Source of the DNA: Octopus sinensis
Taxonomy: Eukaryota
Direction of reading: 5' to 3'
NCBI RefSeq assembly: GCF_006345805.1
Contig: NC_043010.1
Coordinates: 24,490,001-24,554,000, forward strand
Length of the DNA: 64,000 nt
The notes under the pieces were generated by a model. The model was given only the letters and a program-made list of their open reading frames with translations, was not told the origin of the DNA and made no database searches. Below are positions 53,500 through 64,000 of the stretch, piece by piece. Position 1 is the stretch's first letter. Every line of letters starts with the position of its first letter. The position numbers and the translations under genes were made by a program.

Positions 53500-54127
53500 T
53501 TTAACGAATTCACTAAATCATTATGCCATTAAATAAAATTTCATTAAACGCACTAGAATATAAATAGCAATAATTGCTACCTATACTATATGATGTGGCC
53601 TTAATTCTTTGGGATTTTAGCCCCCTTATGTATTTGCTAAGCCCTGTAGAGTTTATAATATTTTTAGTTTTAAATGAATGCATATGATGTGCGATTCTTA
53701 ATTTTATTTTAGAGGAAGTGGACCCTATTTAAATGGCGTTTAAGTTATTATTATTCCTATTATTCTCATTTATTTATGTAACTATACATTTATATACAAC
53801 ATCGTTTAAATCTCATTTATTATTAAATTTACACTTAGTGTTATCTCTACATGTACAATCAATGAGTGTCTTATCTTTATTATTATTGGTATGGTTATAA
53901 AATTTCGTTTTATAAACATTATTCAACTTAAATTTGTTAAAAGAAGAAATAATGGTACCTACATTATTAGTGGTAGAATACTCCAAAATTATTACTAGAG
54001 AAATTTTTTTAATTTTACGATTACCATGAATGAATTGTTCAATAATATCTAAAATCTCTTTAATAATGCTAGTTTTAACTTGAGCCCCATAAGGAACAAT
54101 TAACCAAATTTTCTTCTTTTTTATTAC

Positions 54128-54199
<72 letters not shown>

Positions 54200-54750
54200 G
54201 AGTGAGAGAGCTGTGCATGTCATCAAAGTGACATTGGGGTAAAATATACGAAGCCCAATATACCCATCATGACTACCCGTCTGATAAAGGTACACCAGGC
54301 ACATGCATCACAACCATATGTGCGCGACATGGTGATCTCATATCAAGATAAACAGCACATGACCTTGCAGGTGGGGCCCAGTTAGAATTTTCATCAGGTT
54401 GAGTAGCCCATCCCGCTCAAACGGTCCCTGAATGAGGGTTGTTTAAGGATGTTGAAAGAACCACCCATGTTTCCAGAGGTGAATTATTCAAACCCCAAAG
54501 AATCCTTCTCAACACATGGCTATGATGCTCCCCCACTACTTCTGCTCGTGATCAGAGATGCACATATCGTCAGCCACTAAGGGACATGCTCAACTGGTTA
54601 CGGTCAAACAACTGACAAGCAAATCTGTGGTATTGAGCAGAATATTTGCTGTAGCCCATCTTTTATAAAGACAAAACAATGTACATGATAACACTTCCAA
54701 TCAGTTAAGATCAGAAGCCATGAGAGCCACTGCCTGGTACTGCATCAGGA

Positions 54751-54819
<69 letters not shown>

Positions 54820-54856
54820 ACTATTATAATTAATCATATTATTACTATTATTATTA

Positions 54857-54916
<60 letters not shown>

Positions 54917-55900
54917 TATTATTACCATTATGATTATTATATTTCTCTTTAATATTATTAAAATTAAAATTATAATTATAATTATCATTTATTGAATTAA
55001 TATTAAAATTCATCTTATTTCTATTTTCATTTTTTAAACTTTTATTATTATAAGTACTACAATTATTAATATTACTACTATAATTACTACTAATATTACT
55101 ATCATACTTTTTATTATTAATATTTTTATTTTTATTTTTATTAAAGAATTTAATATTATTATTATATCCTGACTCTCGCAGGGCTTCATTATAATAAGGT
55201 GCATGTTTATTGAAAATCTCTAAATCATAAGAAAGTAATGATATTCGTTTACTAATATTATTTATCAGTGATTTTTTAATTGATGGTGGGTGATTACTAT
55301 TATCATTTATATATCTAAGGTTTTCATTAAATTTATGATATGGTTGTCTTTTACCTGTTATTAGATTAAAATTAACATCTAAATAATTTACATTATAGTT
55401 CTCATTATATAAAGTAATACTTAAACCATATCTTTTAAAGAAACTATAAAGTTTCTTCTTATATAATTCTAGTTTCCTATTAGTGCAATTCTTAGTAATA
55501 AATAAAACCACCCTCTAGTTTTAAATTTTCTAATTGAAGTTCAGATAATAGATAAATACCTACCAAATCCGTAGCTTGTGCAGAATCGGGTGCTCCCATA
55601 GGTATATCAAAATAGTCTCTAGTATCCTTCCTAGGCTATAATTTATTATTGTATCTAATAAACGATTTCCTAGCCATTTTAATTACATTAACCTCGCCAA
55701 AAGTCATTCCTACCTTATTCATTGCGTATATTAAACACAATCTCAATAATAGAAGAGTAATAATTATCTATATCTATTTGAATAAATTTATTTCGATTTT
55801 TTTCTTTAATTAGCTAAATTACCTGGAATTTGTTCGTGTGGTTACTTCATTCCTGCACCAACACCAACGTTTAAGGCCTTGAACATAATCTTTCATAACT
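53500..55900 (-). mobile_element. Degenerate PLE with C-terminal EN and CxC-x5-C linker (Hydra-clade-like), interrupted by family X
   Basis: RT motif A IDIDNYYSSI (~55760), FDIPMGAPDSAQATDLVGIYLL (~55560-55620), VNYLDV..., SNHPPSI, YNEALRESGY, linker CTCRDNTKC, EN VVYKC...IGSTS...RIAHH..SF...NSTGLSKYI, end LNER.IKCRH. Several stops. Clade assignment is from recalled motifs. Confidence 0.8.
54200..54751 (-). mobile_element. Family X element, full copy, nested in the PLE between (ATT)n arrays
   Basis: Reverse complement of 8243-8796 over its whole length. Confidence 0.85.
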
Positions 55901-56199
55901 TATCACTTTATTTTCATTAGATCTTCTTTAAATGCCATAAACAGCAGTAGACTCCAGCTCAGTGTTAGCTATGGCCCCTTATATCACTGAATAAAGACTT
56001 TCTAGCCGCAACTAAATATGTGGGACCAAATGCTCTTCATCTTTTAAGACATTACGGTGTGATTTGAAGGAGATTTATTGCTATATTTAACATACCGAAA
56101 CCAACCAAAATGGTGGCTTACCTGATGGTTCGTTTTGAACTAAATTAATAACTAAGACGATATCTCTATAACAAGCTAATTATTCATATGGTTACTCAA

Positions 56200-56460
56200 A
56201 AGCTTTGCAATATTTTGGTAATTTATTTGCTTTATTCGTCAAATTCTAACAAAAACAGCTCAGCATTCTAAGTGGAGACCATCGTGTTTCACAGTCTGAA
56301 GACATTTTTCTGTCACTTCTTTGATCCCATGCTGATACCAGTTCTTGTCTTTCAAGGCGAAAAACTCCTTCACCGAAGCTTCCACCACTTCTTCGTTGAT
56401 GAATCGTTGCGGGACAAGAACTGATATTAGCATGGGATGAAAGAACTGAGCAGAAAGATG
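56200..56460 (-). mobile_element. Mariner transposase C-terminal fragment
   Basis: Frameshifted reading resembles L.GQRF...EEVVEA..E.FS.L...WYQ.GI...QKNVFRL*NTM, the typical mariner C-terminus. Confidence 0.55.
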
Positions 56461-57010
56461 GTTTCAGACGGTGCAACACGATGGCCTCTACTCTGAATGC
56501 TAGACCGCTTTTGTTGTAACTTGGCGCATAAAACAAAGAGATTACCAAAATATTGCAAAAAACTTAACTGAACACAATATTACATGAAAAATAAAGCTTC
56601 ACAATAAAACGTCTGCAGCAGACATGACCAAATTATAACAGATTCTCCTCTAGATTTTTCTTTCAATTATTTAAGACATACCCCAAGATGTTTGGAATAC
56701 TTCAGTTCAGTACATTTTTATGTGACTGCAACACAGCAGGTTTTCTTAAAGTATTGTTCAATATCTAATGTTTACAGGCAATTGGACTGAGAAACATAAA
56801 ATAAATAAATACTAAGAATGTTCATTGTTACAAGTTTTTACAATGATTTTTCTGCAGCAAGTGTGTCAACAATACTAGATCCATACAGTCATTATGCTTG
56901 CTAGTTCACTTGTCTTGTCTTTGGTTCTCACCATACCGTTCTCATCTATATGAGAGTGTGTGTCTGTGTGTGTGTGACGTGTTTGTATGAGTGGTGGTTG
57001 TGTGTATATA

Positions 57011-57883
57011 CGAGGTCAATAAGTATCCGTGCTGTTGCCATAGTAACGAAGATAAAGCACACAGAGTAAAGCTGCTGGGCAAAGTTTAAATTTGAACGCT
57101 GCTATCCAGGCGCACAAAGTTTTAACGCTCTAACTCAGTTCCGCTGTTTACAACAGTGCTTGGGTGGAAAGTGTGTAGCGTGTGATCGTCGCATTGACCA
57201 TGACAGAGGAAGTTGATGACGATACCTGCTCAGATGCCCACGCAAAGTTGCAGAAAATGTGTGGAGAGGAGTGTATGACCCGCACACAAGTGAACACGAG
57301 GTTCGGACGTTACCAAGATGGCCGAAAAAATGTCGATATTGACAAACATTCTGAGAGACACGCAACCAACAAAACTGAGAAAAACATCGCAGATGTGCAA
57401 GCAGCTGTAAGGGAAATCGTCGAATCACCATCCGTGAGTTATAAGAGGATGTGCAGATTAGTTACGGCTCAGTTCAGTCCGTTATCACTGAAGATTTGGG
57501 TATGAGACGTGTGTCTGCCAAGTTTGTGCCAAACTGCTTTCAGCTGACCAAAAAGACACTCGGGATTCAGTTGCACAAAATCTCCTTGATTGTATCGAAA
57601 ACGATGGAAACGTTTTGAATATCTTGTGTAGGCAGGTATCGCCAAGCTTTTGGCAAAATTTTATTTAGATTCTTTGCTCAAATTTGTCATGGTCAATGCA
57701 ACGATCACACGTTACACACCTTCCTTCCAAGCACTGCTGTAAATAGCGAAAGTGAGCTAGAATGTTGAACTTAATGCGCATGCAAACCAGTGTTGAAGGT
57801 CAATCTGAACCAATCGGCTTCACTCTGCGTGCTTTAGTTTCGTTACTATGGAAACAGTCCGGATAATTATTGATAAGGCCACG
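57011..57883 (+). mobile_element. Mariner-derived fold-back element: ~200-bp inverted ends around the transposase N-terminus
   Basis: TA-flanked ends cgaggtcaataagtatcc... and ...ggataattattgataaggccacg. Arms 57011-57206 and 57684-57883. Internal DAHAKLQKMCGEECMTRTQV..F.RYQDGR and EDLGMRRVSAKFVP. Confidence 0.8.
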
Positions 57884-57918
57884 TACATACCTAAATGCAT
57901 ACATACGTACATAGATAC

Positions 57919-57976
<58 letters not shown>

Positions 57977-58072
57977 ATATATACGGTAGATCATATAAGG
58001 TTTCTACCATTGTTATGTAATAATTGTGTCATTTTACTGAACGGCGTGCCATAACCATCTTCTATGTTATAT

Positions 58073-58145
<73 letters not shown>

Positions 58146-58148
58146 CAT

Positions 58149-61100
58149 TAGTTTTATTTTTATAGCGTGCTTTCACTTCACTACCGAGCGCAGCTCTGTG
58201 TGCCTTGGGTATGGGCTGTGATTTGTTGTGATGCTCTGATGGTTATTGTATGGAAAGTGTTCTGCGTAGGATGTGTGCAGTGCCTAGTAGTGCAATTTTC
58301 TGTATGTTATATGTGTTTGTAAGTCCTGGTGTTTTTGTTATGTATTTGTCTGAATATTTTTTTATCATGCCTAATGCACCTCCTATGATAGGAATTGTTT
58401 CTGTTTTCAGATTCCACATTCTAGTTACCTCTATTTCCAGGTCTTTGTATTTTGAGAGTTTCTCCATTTCTTTTAGAGTCACGTTGTCATCAGCTGGTAT
58501 TGATACATCAATTAGAAAGCATTTTTTTTCTTCATGGTCTCTGACAACTATATCTGGTCTGTTGGCCTTAATTTCTCTGTCTGTGTGTATCGGCATATCC
58601 CAGAGTATTATTGCTTTCTCGTTTTCTGTGACCTTTTCTGGTGTGTGTCTATACCATCTTTTTTCTGTTGTTATTCCATAATGTTGGCATAGCTTCCAAT
58701 GTATGTAGGTTCCAACTCTGTCATGTCTGTGAATATATTCCTTCTTAGCCAGGACTGGGCAGCTAGAGATAATATGATTTATTGTTTCTTGTCCATCTCC
58801 ACATATTCTGCAGTTACTTGTAATATTTCATTTCATTACATGTTTTTGGTAATTTCTGGTGGGGAGGCTTTGGTCTTGTGCTGCAATTAAAAATCCCTGT
58901 TTCTGCTTTGAGTCCTGAGCTTCTCAACCATTGCTGGGATTTTTCTTTGTCTATTTCTTTTACGTTTAGTTTAGTGCAGTATTTACCATGAAGGGGCTTT
59001 TCTTGCCATCGTTTTATCATGGTTCGTCGTTGTGGTTCTATTTTTAGTTTGGATTTTATTTGTTTTATAGCTTTTGTTGTTTCTTCATCTTCTTCTTCTT
59101 CTTCATGTTTATTAGGTGGTATGATTTCTTGTTTGTATTCGTCAGCTTCCTTAAATACTGAGAACAGTTTTTTGTTTTGCTCGTGTTTTGCCGCTATCTG
59201 GATCAGTTTTCCTTCCTTCTGAAGTAGATATTTTTGCAGTCCTATGGTGGTTATTTTATAGTAGTTTTCCAGCTGTATAAGGCCTCTACCACCTTCTATA
59301 CGTTGTATATATAGTCTTTCTATGTCAGATTTTGGGTGATGCATCCTAGATCCTGTCATTATTTTCTTGTTTTCCTATCTATTTTGGTCAGTTCATTTCG
59401 TGTCCAGTTAAGGATATTGTAGCTGTAACTTATAACTGGGACAGCTAAAGTGTTGATACCTATTATCTTGTTTTTAGCATTGAGCTCTGTGTTTAGTATT
59501 GATCTAACTCGTCTATAATATTCTTTTTTATTTTCTCTTTCATTTGTGTGTTTGTATCTTATCTAGTTCATGGATTCCTAAGTATTTGTAAGTTTGGCTT
59601 TGGTCTAATTCTTTTATTTCATTGGTTTTATCTAGTGTGATGTTGTTACTCTTAACTAGTTTTTCTCTTTTCATGGTTACTTTGGCGCATTTTTCTAATC
59701 CAAATTCATATCTATTTCTTTGGTAAATCCATGAACTGTCTTTAATAGTGTTTCCAGCTGTTTGTCATTTGCAGCGTATAGTTTTAGGTCATCCATATAT
59801 AAAAGGTGGCTGATCGTTTTGCCGTAACATTTATATCCGCATCCAGTTCTATTTAGCATATCAGATAGAGGTGACAGTGCCAAGCAGAAAAGGAGTGGAG
59901 AGAGCGTGTCTCCCTGGAATATTCCTCTTCTAATGGGGATGTCTTTGGTTTTCATGAGTCCCTCTTTTGTTTGGAGGTGTAGGACTGTTTGCCATTTATT
60001 CATAGAGTGCTCTATGGATTTTATGATTGTTGGTGCTACTTTGTTAATGGCTAGTGTTTCGAGGATCCATGTGTGGGGGATGCTATCAAACGCCTTTTTG
60101 TAGTCAATCCAGGCCATACTGAGGCCTTTCTTCTTTCTGTGACTGTCTTCAGTTATGGCTTTATTAATCATTAGTTGATCTTTACAGCCATATGAGCCTT
60201 TGCGGCATCCTTTCTGCTCTTCTGGGAACAGTTTGTTTTCGTCCAGGTGCTTGTTCAGCCTTTGTGATATCACTGCAGTAAATGCCTTGAACATAGTAGG
60301 GAGGCAGGTTATTGGTCTGTAGTTTTCTGGTTTTTCTGTTTCATTTGATTTGGGAATTAAGATGGTTTTCCCCTTCGTGAGCCATTCAGGCATCGTCTCT
60401 GGCTCTGCTAGTACGTTGTTAAAGTTTTCAGCCAGCTTTTTGTGCATTCCTGTTAGATATTTCAACCAGAAGTTGGGGATCTTGTCATGCCCAGGAGCCT
60501 TCCAGTTGCTTAGTCTTTGCAGTGCCTGGGTGACCTCTTCAGTTGTTATGGGGGTCCAAAGTTGTTCAGATGCCGAGTTTGTTATTTTGATACTCCTTTT
60601 TTTTGGTGGTTCGTTCGCCGACCATATTTCTCTCCAGAATTCTTCCAATTCTTCAGCCGTTGGTGCTGCAGTGACTTCTATTTTATTTTTGCCCAGTTCT
60701 TGGTAGAACTTTTTGGGGTTGGAGTTGAACTTTTTGTTTTCTTCAAAGAAGCGTTGGCGTTTCTTGTACCGGCGGATCCTTTGTGCTTTGGCAAGGATAT
60801 CTTGCTTCAGCTTTTCTTTTATTTCAGGCAAATCTTTCTCTGTGATGTTATATTTGCGGAGTATTTTCGTTCTCTTTTTGTTGCTCAGTAGCGTTGATTG
60901 TTTGCTGATTTCATTAAGAATCGACAGGTCTTTTCTAATTTTTTTTATTTTGCTTTGGATGTTATTTATCCACAGGGTTTGTTTGGGTGGTGGTACTCCT
61001 GTTTGGGCGGGTTTGGGCGAGTATCCAGCTTCTTTTGTGGCTGCAGTGGCTGCTGCGTATATTAGGTTATTTAGCTCAGTGATATCACTTTTTTTTTATT

Positions 61101-61230
61101 TTGTGGCTATCAGTTCAGTGACGGCTAGGTTTATGCTGTTTATAATAGGTGTTGTTATTTCGTTTATTTTGATTCTTGGGAGGTATGGTCGTTGGTCCAT
61201 TTTGAGCTCTGTGGTTTTCAGTTCTTTGAT
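58149..61230 (-). mobile_element. R4/Dong-type LINE subfamily 1, copy 2 (5'-truncated), frameshifted
   Basis: 378-aa ORF 59695..60831 carries RT motifs through SHLLYMDDLK. RLE reads RPDIVVRD...LIDVSIPADDN..KEMEKLSKY. Nearly identical to copy 1. (ATT)n on both sides. Confidence 0.95.
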
Positions 61231-61261
61231 TATTATTATTATTATTATTATATTATTATTA

Positions 61262-61298
<37 letters not shown>

Positions 61299-61398
61299 GG
61301 GTGAGAGAGCAGTGCATGCCATCAAAGTGACACTGGGGTAAAATATACGAAGCCCAGTATACACTTCATGACTACCCGTCTGATAAGGGTACACCAGG
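61299..61398 (-). mobile_element. Family X terminal fragment
   Basis: Reverse complement of 8697-8796. Confidence 0.8.
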
Positions 61399-62252
61399 AA
61401 TAGTGCAACGACGTTCTTTGGGAGACCTTGGGCTCCGAAAAAGTTTGTTGTTCTTTTCCGGAGAACTTTCGGGTCGGAACCGATGGACAATTTCCAAACA
61501 TCTCTAGCCTGGGAGTGCTCCCGGAGAGCTTTGCCTGTTCGAGATAAACTTTACAAGCATGGAAGGGCCGTCAGCCGAGTATGTCCGAGATGTATGCAGG
61601 ACTACGTGACGGTTCTGCATGTAGACGTCCAGTGCACGAGCATTGCTAACCTGTGGGTTTATGTCGAACACCTGCTGTCGCGCGTGGGACGAATCCGTCT
61701 GTCAACTGAATCCATCTTGAAGCTCGCCCCGTCGCCTCCCTTTAACCGGGAAAGAAAGGCTGTTTTTATATGCCTTGTGGCGATGGCGAAAGAGGTTGTA
61801 TGGTGGACGAGATTGAAGGGGCTGAAGACAAACACTTTTCTCTTTGGCCAATCCCTGATCAACCTCTTCAAGTTTCACTTGAAAAGGAAAGTAAGGGTAG
61901 AGTGAGAAGTGCTATCTTCTAACCAGTTTGCTGAAACATGGATGAAACTAGTGAGAACTTGAGTATACACCAGCAGTTGGAAATGAATAAGAAAAAAGGC
62001 ACCTGCCCCAAAAGTCAGGGTACCCATGGTTTTCTTATGGGGTTTTTCTGTGAGCAGCCCTCAAACATCTCCTCCCTACTGAGGAACACGCATTGTTGAT
62101 TTTTTTAAATGTTGTTAGTCTTGTTTACACGCAAAACCCTCATAACAACACATACTCACAAACATACACACACACACGCACACATTCTTTGTTTTGTCCT
62201 GTGCTGTCCATGTTTTTCTTCATGTAAACCCTTGTGGTTAATAAAGAAATCC

Positions 62253-62255
<3 letters not shown>
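61399..62255 (+). mobile_element. L1/Tx1-clade LINE, 3' end (5'-truncated)
   Basis: LAWECSRRALPVRDKL...CPRC...TVLH...QC (C-terminal CCHC-type region), then 3' UTR with AATAAA at 62240-62245. Confidence 0.75.
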
Positions 62256-62329
<74 letters not shown>

Positions 62330-62332
<3 letters not shown>

Positions 62333-63228
62333 TAGTTTTATTTTTATAGCGTGCTATCACTTCACTACCGAGCGCAGCTCTGTGTGCCTTGGGTATGTGC
62401 TGTGATTTGTTGTGATGCTCTGATGGTTATTGTATGGAAAGTGTTCTGCGTAGGATGTGTGCAGTGCCTAGTAGTGCAATTATTTGTATGTTATATGTGT
62501 TTGTAAGTCCTGGTGTTTTTGTTATGTATTTGTCTGAATATTTTTTTATCATGCCTAATGCACCTACTATGATAGGAATTGTTTCTGTTTTCAGGTTCCA
62601 CATTCTAGTTACCTCTATTTCCAGGTCTTTGTATTTTGAGAGTTTCTCCATTTATTTTAGAGGCACGTTGTCATCTGCCGGTATTGATACATCAATTAGA
62701 AAGCATTTTTTTTCTTCATGATCTCTGACAACTATATCTGGTCTGTTGGCCTTAATTTCTCTATCTGTGTGTATCGGCATATCCCAGAGTATTGTTGCTT
62801 TCTCGTTTTCTGTGACCTTTTCTGGCGTGTGCCTATACCATCTTTTTTCTGTTGTTATTCCATAATGTTGGCATAGCTTCCAATGTATGTAGGTTCCAAC
62901 TCTGTCATGTCTGTGAATATATTCCTTCTTAGCCAGGACTGGGCAGCTAGAGATAATATGATTTATTGTTTCTTGTCCATCTCCACATATTCTGCAGTTA
63001 CTTGTAATATTTCTTTTCATTACATGTTTTTGGTAATTTCTGGTGGGGAGGCTTTGGTCTTGTGCTGCAATTAAAAATCCCTCTGTTTCTGCTTTGAGTC
63101 CTGAGCTTCTCAACCATTGCTGGGATTTTTCTTTGTCTATTTCTTTTGCGTTTAGTTTAGTGCAGTATTTACCATGAAGGAGCTTTTCTTGCCATCGTTT
63201 TATCATGGCTCGTTGCTGTTCTATTTTA
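62330..63228 (-). mobile_element. R4/Dong-type LINE subfamily 1, copy 3 (short 3' end)
   Basis: AETEGFLIAAQDQSLPTRNY...CRICGDGQETINHIISSC...RHDRVG...RPDIVVRD...LIDVSIP. Same 3' terminus as copies 1 and 2. (ATT)n on both sides. Confidence 0.93.
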
Positions 63229-63270
63229 TATTATTATTATTATTTATTATTATTATTGTTGTTATTATTA

Positions 63271-63310
<40 letters not shown>

Positions 63311-63389
63311 CATCATCATCATCATCATCATTATTACTGAAGACGTCACACCGTATCCAATGTTGTAATATTGTAGATTAAAGATATTG

Positions 63390-63790
63390 TGTGTACCGTG
63401 GATTTTTACTCTCTGCCGAATCACAACAAGGACCTCAGACACAGTACTTTACGCAGTATGCACGCAGTTCCAATTAGAGCCGATTTTGCAATACACCATG
63501 ATTGTAGAGTATTTCTAAAGTGTCCAGATGTTTCTTCAGGTAGAGTGATATTGAACCCAATGCTCCGATGTCTTATCCTCGAAGCTGCTACATCTTGGCG
63601 ATCTCATTTTGCAGGTTCCCATATTTGTCAATCATTTCTCTTTCTTTCATGATAACATGTTGAGATCCTGGCACTGCCACAATGATTATTAAGCTCTTTT
63701 GCTTGTCCCTCCTAAAGGTTACTATATCCAGCCTTCGGTGCTCTTATACCTTGTCTGTCTGGAAGTCCCAAGGCATCTTCGCCTTTCCGC
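63390..63790 (-). mobile_element. RLE-type LINE C-terminal fragment, third subfamily, degenerate
   Basis: MKEKEMIDKYGNLQNEIAKM*...IGALGSI...KSALIGTACILRKVL. Confidence 0.6.
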
Positions 63791-63816
63791 TTTCATCCTT
63801 TACCTTTTCCGATGTA

Positions 63817-64000
63817 CGAGGGGCGTTCAATAAGTAATGCCCCTGACCCACTTGCCGTTGTTTGATCTAGCTGAAATTGTGCATGTGCTATTATTTATAT
63901 CTCTATAGAGTAAGTGGCAAATTACAGCTCTTAACTAATTGTGGTTTCTGATTTACAGGTGTTTGAACTGAGTTAAGTGTGAAATGGAGCTTGTTGAGTG
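63817..64000 (+). mobile_element. Mariner 5' end (TIR and transposase start) running off the right edge
   Basis: TA then cgaggggcgttcaataagtaatgcc, a mariner-type TIR similar to the 57011 end. ATG at 63984. Confidence 0.7.

Noticed and set aside
51300-53500. Possible mitochondrial insertion (NUMT)
   Set aside because: I could not recognise any mitochondrial gene, rRNA or tRNA motif. AT richness alone is not evidence.
53500-55900. Initial assignment as a Naiad PLE
   Set aside because: Naiads have an N-terminal endonuclease; here EN lies downstream of RT.

Overview
Eukaryotic (animal) non-genic DNA, very AT-rich and dense in microsatellites. The SINE families and repeat composition suggest an octopus or other cephalopod (inference from recognition, no database search). 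I cannot support any host protein-coding gene. Most ORFs in the track are microsatellite read-throughs or transposon fragments. The window is a nest of mobile elements: Penelope-like elements (PLEs) of at least two types, a Helitron fragment, L1/Tx1 pieces, a CR1-type LINE, at least eight R4/Dong-type (RLE) LINE pieces sitting in (TAA)n arrays, one more RLE fragment of another family, a Tc1 element with both TIRs, four mariner pieces, two tRNA-derived SINE families and a 555-bp non-coding element embedded in (AAT)n. Best candidates for new biology: (1) a set of minimal type I hammerhead ribozyme (HHR) motifs, including a 352-nt retrozyme-like unit with a fold-back end (47.2-47.7 kb) and two PLE HHRs with a U3:A8 covariant core; (2) a CR1 LINE whose 3' tail and hairpin match the abundant SINE tail; (3) TGA codons at conserved Cys positions in two PLE endonuclease fragments; (4) strict orientation of R4/Dong elements relative to (TAA)n. 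Many frameshifts and duplicate differences are 1-bp homopolymer indels, so sequencing or assembly error is a standing caveat. Element boundaries are approximate unless a TIR or arm coordinate is given.
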